Assembly: GCA_038897215.1 (NCBI GenBank)
Contig: JAWAWX010000001.1
Span: forward strand, 800,001-864,000
DNA from: Acidilobaceae archaeon
GTDB taxonomy: Archaea; Thermoproteota; Thermoprotei_A; Sulfolobales; Acidilobaceae
Length of the DNA: 64,000 nt
Direction: 5' to 3'
A program made the translations under genes and the position numbers. The notes below the pieces were generated by a model that was not told the origin of the DNA, ran no database searches, and saw nothing but the letters and a program-made list of their open reading frames with translations. Positions 9,466-18,916 of the stretch are shown in pieces. Positions within the stretch are counted from its first letter, which is position 1; each line of letters opens with the position of its first letter.

Positions 9466-9846
9466 CTACTCTCGGAGTCTTGCTTCGTGACTAGCAACAA
9501 TTTGCTTCTCTGTCTGCGACTGCTTCTCCTCTACACTCAGCTCCTCTGAGATCTTCCTGAGGAAGCTTACTGCTTCTCGGAGAGCCTCCCTTCCCTTCAT
9601 AGTCGCTCTGTATAGCGTCTCTCCGGTTGGTGACGTGTAGCGCTCTATGAGCCCTTCTCTCGTCATCTTGTAGAGTACGACGTAGGCTGTGACTGTAGCA
9701 ACGTCTATCGAGAATCTTTCTCTTATCTGTTTAAGCACATCGTAAGCTCTCATATCGCCCTCATCGACTAGAATCTTCACTACGTACATCCACAAATTCT
9801 CTACAGTAACCTTTTTCTTTAGTCTACTTAAAGCTTTAGTCTCCAG
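9466..9846 (-). CDS. PadR family transcriptional regulator
   Basis: ENLWMYVVKIL, AYDV, YVVLYKM.REGLI, YRATMKG; frame stays open upstream of the ORF-track start (9795) to CTG 9846, adding KALSRLKKKVTVEN. Confidence 0.85.
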   Translation of the reverse strand: METKALSRLKKKVTVENLWMYVVKILVDEGDMRAYDVLKQIRERFSIDVATVTAYVVLYKMTREGLIERYTSPTGETLYRATMKGREALREAVSFLRKISEELSVEEKQSQTEKQIVASHEARLRE

Positions 9847-9871
9847 AGGTCGTCCCGCTTGCTCTTTTATA

Positions 9872-9889
9872 GCGAGAAAAAGTTTTAAG
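9872..9889 (+). promoter_or_regulatory. BRE/TATA promoter of the ino1 operon
   Basis: GAGAAAAAG-TTTTAAG about 37 nt upstream of ATG 9926. Confidence 0.55.
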
Positions 9890-9925
9890 TCTCCTATTCA
9901 CACTCGTAAAAGAGGGTTTGAGGAA

Positions 9926-11044
9926 ATGGGCATAAAGGTAGGTATAGTGGGAGTCGGTAACATAGCCTCTATGCTCGTCCAAAGCGTCTTCTACTACAAG
10001 AGCTTAGGTAGAGCAGATGGGCTTATTCACGAAGAGATAGGAAGGTACAGGGTTACCGACATAGAGTTCTCCTACGCTGTAGACGTCTCGAGAGAGAAAG
10101 TTGGGCGAGACCTGTCTGAGGCGATATTCGCGTACCCTAACCTAGTCCCTAAGATAGCGGAGGTCCCCAAGCTAGACGTCTATGTGAGGATGGGGAGAGT
10201 CCTCGATGGAGTCGCTCCCCACATGGAGGAGGACTTCAGACCGCTCAAAGCTCCAGAGCCCTCAGTTAGCGATATCGCTAGAGACCTCGAAGACTCTGGG
10301 ACAGAGGTCTTAGTCAACCTTCTGCCAGTAGGGAGTGAGGAGGCTACGCGCTTCTACGCTGAGGCGGCCGCTAGAGCTGGAGTAGCGTTCGTCAACGCTA
10401 TACCTGTCTTCGTTGCCAGCCATCCGAGCACGGTCCACGAGCTGTTCAGAGAGAGAAGAGCCCCCCTTTTAGGTGATGATATCAAGGGACAGCTGGGCTC
10501 TACTATAGTGCATAGAGCTCTAGCCAGCCTAGTCAGGATGAGGGGCGCTAAGCTAGTTGAGACATATCAGCTGAACGTGGGCGGCAACACGGACTTCAAG
10601 AACATGCTGGCTTGGGAGAGGCTGACGAGCAAGAAGATAAGCAAGACTATGGCTGTAGCCTCAACTCAGGAAGAGCCTCAGGCTTTGCTCAAGGAGGAGA
10701 GAGTTTTCGCGGGGCCCAGCGGCTACATACCTTTCCTGGGGAACACTAAGGTTTCCTATATGTACATGAAGGTCAGAGGCTTCGCGGGTCTCGATGTCGA
10801 GATCGAGGTTAAACTGAAGGTAGACGATAAAGCTATGGCTACAGCTGTTCTCGTAGACGTGATCAGGATAGCTAAGGTCCTGAGAGACGCTGGAATAGGA
10901 GGTAGCGTAGCCTGGGCTTCAGCATTCTACTTCAAGTACCCGCCTATCCAGACTAAGTCCGACTACGACTCACTCAAGATGCTCTACGAGGGGTTAGAGA
11001 AGCTAGGAGCTACTGCTAAACCGAGGCTACTAGAGTACTACTAG
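9926..11044 (+). CDS. ino1: myo-inositol-1-phosphate synthase
   Basis: GVGNIAS, LPVGSE, GDDIKGQLG, YQLNVGGNTDF, SKKISKT, FKYPP. Confidence 0.95.
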   Translation: MGIKVGIVGVGNIASMLVQSVFYYKSLGRADGLIHEEIGRYRVTDIEFSYAVDVSREKVGRDLSEAIFAYPNLVPKIAEVPKLDVYVRMGRVLDGVAPHMEEDFRPLKAPEPSVSDIARDLEDSGTEVLVNLLPVGSEEATRFYAEAAARAGVAFVNAIPVFVASHPSTVHELFRERRAPLLGDDIKGQLGSTIVHRALASLVRMRGAKLVETYQLNVGGNTDFKNMLAWERLTSKKISKTMAVASTQEEPQALLKEERVFAGPSGYIPFLGNTKVSYMYMKVRGFAGLDVEIEVKLKVDDKAMATAVLVDVIRIAKVLRDAGIGGSVAWASAFYFKYPPIQTKSDYDSLKMLYEGLEKLGATAKPRLLEYY

Positions 11045-11737
11045 ATGTGGTCTCGAGAGGCTGTACTACGAGTGATCAGAGCAGACCTCCACATACACAC
11101 TATCGAGAGCGATGGCTCCATAGAGCCTCACGAAGTCGTTTCAGCGGCTAGAGCTAGAGGTCTCGACGCTGTAGCGATAACGGATCACGACTCGTTCAGA
11201 GGAGCTCTGGTAGCGCAGAGATACGCTAGGCTACACGAGGACAAAGTCCTAGTCTTGGCTGGAGCAGAGGTCACCACAGACTGGGGTCACATCATAGTCT
11301 TGTGTGAGAAGCCTCCCAGGTGGAGCTCGAGCCTCCCAAGCGACCCCCATGAGCTTAGAGACCTAGCCACTCTAGACAACTGCCTGCTGACCGCACCCCA
11401 CCCATTCGACTACACTCGGAGAGGCGTGGGAGCCAGGATCTTTAGGGAGAAAGGCTTCTTCGACGGTGTAGAGTTGTGGAACGCGAGCAGCCTCCCAGTC
11501 TTCAACCTGCCAGCACTCCTGCTAGCCGAGAGGCTTGAGGCCTCTTGGCTAGCTTCTAGCGATGCTCATGTGCTCGAAGAAGTTGGCGGAGCGTACACGC
11601 TCATAGACTCCCAAGACCGTAACGCGGACTCCCTACTAGAAGCTATGAGAAGGAGGAGGACAGCCCCCTATCCCGGAGTTCTCGGTCTTAGAGCCCGCTT
11701 AGTTAGGATATCTTGGAGTATCAGCAGGAGGATGTGA
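11045..11737 (+). CDS. PHP domain metal-dependent phosphoesterase
   Basis: DLHIHT..SDG, ITDHD, GH, PHPF, SSDAH. Confidence 0.9.
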   Translation: MWSREAVLRVIRADLHIHTIESDGSIEPHEVVSAARARGLDAVAITDHDSFRGALVAQRYARLHEDKVLVLAGAEVTTDWGHIIVLCEKPPRWSSSLPSDPHELRDLATLDNCLLTAPHPFDYTRRGVGARIFREKGFFDGVELWNASSLPVFNLPALLLAERLEASWLASSDAHVLEEVGGAYTLIDSQDRNADSLLEAMRRRRTAPYPGVLGLRARLVRISWSISRRM

Positions 11738-11808
11738 TAGCGCGACTGCTACTCTCACAACATTCTCTTAAATCCTAGAGTACCCCCTCGAGAAGCAAGG
11801 GGGGAGGT

Positions 11809-13347
11809 CTGAGGCTCAGAGTAGCAGTGTTAACAAGCGTTACCGCGAAGCCCGTGATAGAAGCGTTGCTGAGAAGCTACGAGTCTAGGAGCGCTCTAGA
11901 GGTGGAGGTTATAGCTCTCCCTGTTCACTCGATCGCTGCTCACACAGCCGAGTCTATCAGGAGGCTAGTCGAGAAGATTCCAGGGCTCCGCAACAAGCTC
12001 AGAGAGTTCGATGTAGTCATGGTTCCGGGAACAGTAGAGGGGGACCTCTCGGTTCTAGAAGCTAGCTTGGCTAAGCCGAGGGTAGTCAAGGGGCCTAGGT
12101 CTCCAGCTCTCATATCGGTAGCGCTTAACGCTATAGCTCAAGGGCTAGAGCTGAGTAGAGTCGAGTCTGTAGAAGAGCATCTCAGGCATCTCAAACTAGA
12201 GGCTGAACGCGCTCAATATACTGAGGCATTCAAGATAGGGGCTATCTCAGTGCCTCTCAGAGGGCCTCCCATGCTTCTAGCCTCAGAGATCCCCTTCGAG
12301 TGCCCTAGAGAGAGGCTTGAGAGAGAAGCTAGGAGAGTTAGCTGGGAGGGAGCGGATATAGTGGTAGTAGGCGCATCCTACGAGGCTAGCTCAGAGGAGC
12401 TTGCTGAGAGAGTAGCAGTGGTGAAGAGGTCTACGGGGAGGCCCGTCTTAGCCGAGGCTCCGAGCGTGGAGCACGCTGAGAAAGCTCTAGTAAGCGGGGC
12501 TGATGGCGTTCTAGTCGCTGCGAGTACTGCTAGAGAGCTCTCCGAGACTCTTAGAGCCGGCGTGGAGCCCGTTATCGTTATCGGAGACAGAGACTTGAGA
12601 GCCTTGGAGAACGCTGCCCGAGTTCTAGCCGAGAGGGGATTCACGAAGATAGCTATTGACCCCGTTGTGGGAGTCCCCCTCTTCGACCTAGCCTCCTCCA
12701 TGTCTAGGTATCTTGGAGCCGCTTCTCTCAACTACCCTCTCGTATTCTCTGCTTCAAACGCTCTAGCAGAGCTCCCCGCTGACACTCATGGAGCTCAAGC
12801 ACTACTAGCCATGATAGCGGCCGAGCTGAGAGCATCGATATACTCGGTCGTAGATAGAGAAGGGAGACTGGCCCACGCTACAGCAGAGGCTAGAGAAGCT
12901 CTCAGAGTAGCCCACGAGATACACTCTGGAAGAAGGGTAGCTGAAACCAGCGGGCTCTTCATCGTCAAGAGCCCCACACCCCCGGTCTCCGAGAAGCTCC
13001 CCTATAGCGCAGAGCTAGTCGACTACGTGGAACCCAGATGGGATAAGAGAGGCTATTTGAGGATACTCGTAGACCACGATGAGGGGGTTCTAGTAGCATA
13101 CTATATAGAGTACTCTGGGAGAGTCTATGGGGTTAAGGGGAGGCATGCGATGAGCGTAGCTAGAGGTCTGATAAGGCTGACCGGAATAGACTCAGAGCAC
13201 TCAGCATACCTAGGCTACGAGCTAGCTAAAGCCGAGCTAGCCCTCAAGCTGTCGAAGAGCTATATTCAAGACGAGGACCTACTCGGCACGCCGTGGAGTA
13301 GAAAAGAGGGAGTAGCTTCAAGAAGAGACTCGGGGGTGTCTTCGTGA
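11809..13347 (+). CDS. Dihydropteroate synthase-like protein with C-terminal DUF4346-like domain
   Basis: N-terminal V.LT...A..I..PG..VKGP block, pterin-binding barrel (GADIV, IAIDP), C-terminal D.RGY..I, HSAYLGYELAKAELAL...Y.QD; likely CTG start after GGAGGT (ORF track starts 11827). Confidence 0.85.
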   Translation: MRLRVAVLTSVTAKPVIEALLRSYESRSALEVEVIALPVHSIAAHTAESIRRLVEKIPGLRNKLREFDVVMVPGTVEGDLSVLEASLAKPRVVKGPRSPALISVALNAIAQGLELSRVESVEEHLRHLKLEAERAQYTEAFKIGAISVPLRGPPMLLASEIPFECPRERLEREARRVSWEGADIVVVGASYEASSEELAERVAVVKRSTGRPVLAEAPSVEHAEKALVSGADGVLVAASTARELSETLRAGVEPVIVIGDRDLRALENAARVLAERGFTKIAIDPVVGVPLFDLASSMSRYLGAASLNYPLVFSASNALAELPADTHGAQALLAMIAAELRASIYSVVDREGRLAHATAEAREALRVAHEIHSGRRVAETSGLFIVKSPTPPVSEKLPYSAELVDYVEPRWDKRGYLRILVDHDEGVLVAYYIEYSGRVYGVKGRHAMSVARGLIRLTGIDSEHSAYLGYELAKAELALKLSKSYIQDEDLLGTPWSRKEGVASRRDSGVSS

Positions 13348-14327
13348 GAGTAGTCGCCAGCGCTCCAGCTAAAGCCATACTTTTTGGCGAGCACTTCGTA
13401 GTCAAGGGGTCTAGAGCAATAGCCACAGCTCTAAGTCTGAGAGCTCAAGTGATAGTAGAGGAGGTAGCTGGAGACAGCGTAGTAATCGAGAGCGAGAGCC
13501 TGAGCGAGACGTGGAGACTCAGTGTGAGAGAGCTTAGAGGAGAGTCTAGGGAGGAGGAACTCTTCGCTTCTCTACTCAGAGCACTAGTGAGCCGCGGGTT
13601 CAGCATAATACCTCACAGAGCAGTGATTAAGAGCGAGATCCCCGTAGCAGCTGGTCTAGGCTCGAGCGCGTCTGTAGCGGTCGCTTACGCTCTAGCATAC
13701 TCTAGACTCCACGGGAGTACTCTCAATGAGAGAGAGCTCTTCGAAGTAACCCTAGAGAGCGAGAAGGTAGCTCACGGGAGACCAAGCGGTATAGACAATA
13801 CTATAGCTATTCGAGGAGGCACTATAGCCTATAGGAGAGGCGAGGAGCCATCTCGAGTTAACGTGAACATCGATAAGCTTTCCAAATACCCCCTCATAGT
13901 GATGGACACTGGAGTGAAGAGGTCTACCAGAGTGGTGGTAGAGCACGCTCTAAGCCTAGCTGAGAGAAACTGGAGCGTGCTCAAGCACGTGTATGAAGCA
14001 GCAGAAGCTCTAGTTTCGGAGGCTATGAGAGCTCTAGAGGAGGGCAATGCTGAGAAAATAGGAGAACTTATGAACATAAACCACGGGCTACTTTCAGCAA
14101 TAGGAGTCTCTAGTCTCGAGCTGGACAGCCTAGTCAACAAAGCCAGACTCTGTGGAGCAATAGGAGCAAAGCTCACTGGAGCAGGATGGGGGGGAAGCGC
14201 TATAGCGATAGCATTAGCTGACCACGTAGAGGCGATCGTGGACTGCGTGAAGACCTCAGCTAGACGTGTTCTACTAGCGTCGATTCACAGCCCAGGGGCT
14301 AAAATAGAAGAGTCGGATAATCCTTAA
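13344..14327 (+). CDS. mvk: Mevalonate kinase
   Basis: APAKAILFGEHFVV, PVAAGLGSSA, HGRPSGID, KLTGAGWGG. Confidence 0.95.
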   Translation: MRVVASAPAKAILFGEHFVVKGSRAIATALSLRAQVIVEEVAGDSVVIESESLSETWRLSVRELRGESREEELFASLLRALVSRGFSIIPHRAVIKSEIPVAAGLGSSASVAVAYALAYSRLHGSTLNERELFEVTLESEKVAHGRPSGIDNTIAIRGGTIAYRRGEEPSRVNVNIDKLSKYPLIVMDTGVKRSTRVVVEHALSLAERNWSVLKHVYEAAEALVSEAMRALEEGNAEKIGELMNINHGLLSAIGVSSLELDSLVNKARLCGAIGAKLTGAGWGGSAIAIALADHVEAIVDCVKTSARRVLLASIHSPGAKIEESDNP

Positions 14328-14387
14328 AGCCAGTGAAAGATACCCACGAGAGCTCCTGATATTAGCAGACTAGATTAAAGCTGAGTA

Positions 14388-14424
14388 AACCTTTTAAACC
14401 TCTCCTCTCTAAAGTATATAAATG
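14388..14424 (+). promoter_or_regulatory. Tandem TATA-like boxes upstream of tfb
   Basis: AACCTTTTAAAC and AAAGTATATAAATG. Confidence 0.45.
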
Positions 14425-14469
14425 TAGCGGGGTGTGTGGCGGAGGGTAACGTATTTAGGGGTGGGAGAA

Positions 14470-15441
14470 ATGGGGGCTAAAGAAGTGATCAACGAAGAGT
14501 TAAGGAAGGGGGGCTCGGAGGAGGTAGAGTGTCCTCCAGACAAGATAGTCTACGACCCTCAGAGAGGAGTAAGGGTATGTATTGAGACAGGAGAGGTTCT
14601 AGAGGAGTCAGTGATATCTGATGAGAGCGAGTGGAGAGCGTACACGGCAGAGGAGAAGATGAAGAGAGCTCGAGCAGGTGGCGCCGTCTCGTTCGCTAAG
14701 CCGCACATGGGGATAAACGTAGACGTCGGCCCGATCAGAGAGCCTGGAGGGAAGAGGATCAGGGGGCTCTCGAAGAAAGCGGAAACTTTAAGGGTTCAAA
14801 AAACCTTTAGGCTCAACAGAGTCACGTCAAGCATAGAGAGAAGCATCGCTCAAGCTCTAATGCTTCTCGACGAGCTGGTAGCGAGACTGGAGCTCCCTGA
14901 CTCAGTCAAGGAGGAAGCGGCGAGGATCTACAGAGAGGCGGCCGAGAGAGGGATCACTAGAGGGAGGAGCATGGACGCGGTCGTGGCAGCATGCCTCTAC
15001 ACCTCCTGCAGAAGACACAGGATACCCTGCGGCATAGACGATATAGTGAAGTATCTCAGAGCAGGCAACGAGGTCGAGATCAGGAGAGAGATCGCTAGAA
15101 CCTACAGAGTGCTGATCAAAGACTTGAACCTAACGATACCTGTGATAGAGCCTGAGAGATTCGTCTACAGGATAGCGAGCGCTCTCAACTTGCCGGAGCC
15201 CGTGGTGGTCGATGCGATCAGAATCTTGGCGGAAGCTAGAGGCAAGGGGATATCCTCAGGCAAAGACCCCAGCGGTCTAGCAGCGGCAGCAGTCTACATA
15301 GCAGCGCTCAAGCACGGCTATAGGAGAACACAGAAGGAGATAGCCACAATCGCTGGAGTAACCGAGGTCACTGTGAGAAACAGGTACAAGGAGCTAATAG
15401 AGTCAGTTGGAGAGGCGAGAGAAGTAGTCAGGATAGAGTAA
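14470..15441 (+). CDS. tfb: Transcription initiation factor IIB (TFB)
   Basis: EWRAY, two cyclin repeats (RGRS, GKDPSGLAAAAVY, TQKEIA..AGVTEVTVRNRYKEL); probable ATG 14470 (ORF track starts 14434). Confidence 0.96.
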   Translation: MGAKEVINEELRKGGSEEVECPPDKIVYDPQRGVRVCIETGEVLEESVISDESEWRAYTAEEKMKRARAGGAVSFAKPHMGINVDVGPIREPGGKRIRGLSKKAETLRVQKTFRLNRVTSSIERSIAQALMLLDELVARLELPDSVKEEAARIYREAAERGITRGRSMDAVVAACLYTSCRRHRIPCGIDDIVKYLRAGNEVEIRREIARTYRVLIKDLNLTIPVIEPERFVYRIASALNLPEPVVVDAIRILAEARGKGISSGKDPSGLAAAAVYIAALKHGYRRTQKEIATIAGVTEVTVRNRYKELIESVGEAREVVRIE

Positions 15442-15444
15442 AGC

Positions 15445-15521
15445 TGGTGGGCCCGGGGGGATTTGAACCCCCGACCACCCGGTTATGAGCCGGGCGCTCT
15501 GCCGGGCTGAGCTACGGGCCC
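15445..15521 (-). tRNA. tRNA-Ile2(CAT), CCA encoded, no intron
   Basis: GGGCCCGTAGCTCAG..CCCGG-CTCATAA-CCGGG..GGTTCAAATCC..GGGCCCACCA; the GGGCCC acceptor stem fits the archaeal Ile type better than Met. Confidence 0.92.
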
Positions 15522-15551
15522 CCCTTGGCTCTAGAGTTAGCTAGAGTGACC

Positions 15552-15564
15552 TTTAAATATATTT
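15552..15564 (-). promoter_or_regulatory. TATA box of tRNA-Ile2
   Basis: AAATATATTTAAA on the minus strand, 31-43 nt upstream of the tRNA. Confidence 0.6.
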
Positions 15565-15576
15565 CACGAGGCTCTT

Positions 15577-16824
15577 CTAGACTTTCCAGCTCTCTAGGTA
15601 TACTCTCTGCTCTTCTGTCAGCTCGTCTATCTCTATTCCTAGCGCTTCTAGCTTGAGTCTCGCTACTCTCTCGTCTATCTCAGCGGGGACATCGTATACT
15701 CTCGGCTCTAGCTTTCCCCTCTTCTCTTTGAGGTAGAGGATCGAGAGAGCTTGGTTAGCGAAGCTTAGGTCCATGACCTCGCTCGGGTGCCCCTCTGCTG
15801 CTACTAGATTGACTAGCCTGCCCTCTGCTAGCAGATACACTTTCTTCCCGTTGGGTAGAAGGTACTCCTCCACATTAGGTCTGACTACTCTCACTCTGAC
15901 GGCTAGCTTCTTCAAGTCTTCTACACTCACCTCTACGTTGAAGTGCCCAGCGTTAGCTAAGACTACGCCGTCTTTGGCTTCTAGCACGTGCTCTCCTCTA
16001 ACTACCCCGATGTTTCCCGTGGCTGTCACTACTAGGTCTGCTACTCTGATGGCTTTCTTCATAGGCATCACCTCGAAGCCATCCATTAAAGCCTCGAGAG
16101 CCTTGATTGGGTCTACCTCGGTCACGATCACTCTAGCTCCCATGCCTCTAAGCCTCATAGCTATGCCTCTCCCAACCCACCCATAGCCAGCGACTACAGC
16201 GACCTTCCCCGCTATCAGCATATTCGTGGCTCTAAGGATCCCGTCTACTGTGCTTTGCCCTGTTCCATACCTGTTATCGAAGAGGAACTTGGTTCTCGCA
16301 TTGTTAACTGCTATGACTGGGTAGAGTAGCCTCCCCTCTCTCTCGAGAGCCTTCAGCCTGATGACTCCAGTAGTTGTCTCCTCGGTTCCTCCTCCAAGGC
16401 TTTCAGCCACGTTTCTGAACTCTTCGTGTAGCATTACGTGCAAGTCTCCCCCATCATCTATGACGAAATCTGGATGCTTTGAGGCAATAGCTCTGATCGC
16501 GTTGAAGTAGTCCTCAGTACTCATACCTCTCCATGCAAAAACGTGGACCCCCTCCTCTACTAGAGCAGCAGCTACATCGTCTTGAGTTGAGAGAGGATTG
16601 GAGGCCGCCAGATAGACCTCCGCGCCCCAGGATGCAAGAGTTCTAGCTAAGACTGCTGTCTCCTTGGTTACATGGAGGCACGCTGAGATCCTCACGCTCT
16701 CCAGAGGCTTCTTCTCCGCCAGTCTCCTAGCTAAGCTCACTAGAACCGGCATGTTTCTCTCAGCCCACTCTATCTGAGCGCGGCCGCTTGGAGCTAGGCT
16801 CGGGTCTCTTATCTTGAACTCCAC
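15577..16824 (-). CDS. ahcY: Adenosylhomocysteinase
   Basis: [49 protein letters not shown]. Confidence 0.97.
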   Translation of the reverse strand: MEFKIRDPSLAPSGRAQIEWAERNMPVLVSLARRLAEKKPLESVRISACLHVTKETAVLARTLASWGAEVYLAASNPLSTQDDVAAALVEEGVHVFAWRGMSTEDYFNAIRAIASKHPDFVIDDGGDLHVMLHEEFRNVAESLGGGTEETTTGVIRLKALEREGRLLYPVIAVNNARTKFLFDNRYGTGQSTVDGILRATNMLIAGKVAVVAGYGWVGRGIAMRLRGMGARVIVTEVDPIKALEALMDGFEVMPMKKAIRVADLVVTATGNIGVVRGEHVLEAKDGVVLANAGHFNVEVSVEDLKKLAVRVRVVRPNVEEYLLPNGKKVYLLAEGRLVNLVAAEGHPSEVMDLSFANQALSILYLKEKRGKLEPRVYDVPAEIDERVARLKLEALGIEIDELTEEQRVYLESWKV

Positions 16825-16952
16825 TCGATACCAGCCTCCTCAGAGGAGAACTCTCTAGTCTCTAGTAAATAGCTTAACTGTAGCGGCATGAAGAGCGTGG
16901 AGTCGATAGAATTTAATTTCCCCTAGCGGAGCCCAAAGACTCGGTGCTTGCG

Positions 16953-17327
16953 GTGGGCGGTAGGAGGAAGAGGAGGAAGATTAAGAGGCAGAAGCAGGTA
17001 GCTAGAGTTCTGAGAACCAGATACTTCACGTGCCCTTCGTGTAACGAGTACACACTGACGATCGATATCGCTAGGTCGAAGGACGGGTCTAGGCTAGCTG
17101 TAGTCAAGTGCGGCACCTGCGGTCTCTACTGCGAGCTTCCAGTATCCGAGATAGAGGAGACAGTGGACGTCTACAACAAGCTATCAGACTGGGCTTACGA
17201 GGGGAGACTAGAGGAAGCCTGTAGCGTGAAAGCTCCTCAGATGGCAGAAGAGGAGGCTGAAGAGGCTCTAGCAGAGGGCGAGGAGCTTGAGGAGAGTGCT
17301 TGGGAGCCTTCTAGAGAAGAAGAGTAG
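16953..17327 (+). CDS. elf1: Transcription elongation factor Elf1
   Basis: Basic N-terminus GGRRKRRK, FTCPSC..CGTC Zn ribbon, VDVYN, acidic tail. Confidence 0.88.
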   Translation: MGGRRKRRKIKRQKQVARVLRTRYFTCPSCNEYTLTIDIARSKDGSRLAVVKCGTCGLYCELPVSEIEETVDVYNKLSDWAYEGRLEEACSVKAPQMAEEEAEEALAEGEELEESAWEPSREEE

Positions 17328-18051
17328 AGGAGAGAAGATACACTTCACGCTAATAGACCCGGATAAGTGCGGACCTCGAGAAGCAGAGAAGATAGCGGAG
17401 ATAGCTACTAGAGCTGGTACAGACGTCTTCCTAGTAGGTGGTAGCCTAGGCGTCTCCCCAGAGAACACGGATGCTGTCGTGAGAGTCTTGAAGAGCTTCG
17501 AGCGCCCTGTAGTGATATTCCCCGGGGCTCTCAACAACGTCTCTAGGCACGCAGACGCAGCCCTCTTCTTGACCGTACTCAATAGCGATGACCCCTACTA
17601 CCATGGGATAGCTCAGGTTCAGGGAGCGATGATAGTCCTATATCATAACATAGAAGCGATACCAACGTGTTACATCATAGTAGGCTATGGAGGCACAGCG
17701 GGTTACATACTAAGAGCTAGACCGTTGCCTCTAGAGAAGCACGACTTGATAGCGGCTCACGTGCTAGCCTGCTCCATGATGGGGAATCAGGTCATCTACC
17801 TAGAAGCTGGAAGTGGAGCACCTCAACACGTCCCACCCCAGGCTGTCAGCCTATCCAAGAAGCTCTTGATGAAAACAGGTCTAGACCCTATCCTCATAGT
17901 GGGGGGTGGCATAAGGACTCCTGAGGCGGCTAGAGCACTAGCCGAAGCTGGAGCAGACGGGATAGTCACAGGGACTATAGCTGAGGAGAAGCCGGAGCTC
18001 TTACTCGAGATAGTCGGTGCATTCAAAGGGATAAGGTCCAGTGAGGGGTAG
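17287..18051 (+). CDS. Geranylgeranylglyceryl phosphate synthase
   Basis: HFTLIDPDK, VGGS, IFPG, LNS, YLEAGSGA, VGGGIR, VTGT. Confidence 0.95.
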   Translation: MRRVLGSLLEKKSRGEKIHFTLIDPDKCGPREAEKIAEIATRAGTDVFLVGGSLGVSPENTDAVVRVLKSFERPVVIFPGALNNVSRHADAALFLTVLNSDDPYYHGIAQVQGAMIVLYHNIEAIPTCYIIVGYGGTAGYILRARPLPLEKHDLIAAHVLACSMMGNQVIYLEAGSGAPQHVPPQAVSLSKKLLMKTGLDPILIVGGGIRTPEAARALAEAGADGIVTGTIAEEKPELLLEIVGAFKGIRSSEG

Positions 18052-18916
18052 CAGTAGCTGCTCTCTAGTCTCCTACCTTTCAGCAGGGCTCTTCCTCGAG
18101 CCTCTCCTCCACCCCAAGCCTGGAGCAGTGACGCTCTTCGAGAGACACTCCGATAAAAGCATCTGGGATTTCGCTATTCACGCGTCGATAGCTCAAGAAG
18201 CTCTCCTAGAGTCATGCCGCTCCAGCGCTACCCACGAGAACCCCGTAGCGGCCGGGCTGAGGGCATACAAGCGGGCTCTTCTAGCTCTCAAGATTTCCAA
18301 AAACGTGGCTCTCGGCTCTCTCCTCCTCCTAGCTCCTCTAGCTGCGGCTCTATACTATCTCGATGACGGAGAGACTCTAGAGAGCCTCTGCTCTAAGGCT
18401 CGAAGCCTGGTCTTCGAGAGAGATAGCGCTGACGCTGCTAGAGAGTACTACGCTGTCCTAGAGCTTCTGAGGCCCTCGCATCTAGGAGTATACGAGGGGC
18501 CTCTTCCTGGAGTAGGGTCTGGGAGGTATCCCGAGAGCTTCGTCGAAGTGCTTAGAGTAGCTAGATGGGATATCGTGCACAGAGAGATTCTAGAAGGCTA
18601 CCCTCTAGTCTCGAGGACGGCTCGCGCGCTCGCTGAGAGGAAGTTCGAGCAAGAGACTCTGCTAGAGACTCTACTAGACCTCCTTGTTAGCGAAGGAGAC
18701 ACGTTGATAGCTACTAAGTATGGGTGGAGGGCCTACAAGGTAGCTCTAGAAGAGGCGAGGGTAGCTCACTGGCTCTCTAAGAGGCTCGGTGTGTTCAGAG
18801 CTCTCGAGTGGCTTGACTCTCTATGGAGGCCTAGAGGCTGGAATCCCGGAGCTGTTCTAGACGTGCTCGCTACAGCCATAGGCTTAGCTCTGTTATCACT
18901 CACTCGCAGGCTCTAG
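18041..18916 (+). CDS. citG: Triphosphoribosyl-dephospho-CoA synthase (CitG) family protein, archaeal type
   Basis: E...PKPGAV, N..LG..LL, DTLIATKYG, LD......NPG...D. Confidence 0.82.
   Translation: MRGSSSCSLVSYLSAGLFLEPLLHPKPGAVTLFERHSDKSIWDFAIHASIAQEALLESCRSSATHENPVAAGLRAYKRALLALKISKNVALGSLLLLAPLAAALYYLDDGETLESLCSKARSLVFERDSADAAREYYAVLELLRPSHLGVYEGPLPGVGSGRYPESFVEVLRVARWDIVHREILEGYPLVSRTARALAERKFEQETLLETLLDLLVSEGDTLIATKYGWRAYKVALEEARVAHWLSKRLGVFRALEWLDSLWRPRGWNPGAVLDVLATAIGLALLSLTRRL

Noticed and set aside
14470-14620. TFB Zn ribbon with only two Cys
   Set aside because: Known feature of many crenarchaeal TFBs
15445-15521. Calling the CAT tRNA tRNA-Met
   Set aside because: The GGGCCC acceptor stem and absence of initiator features fit Ile2 better
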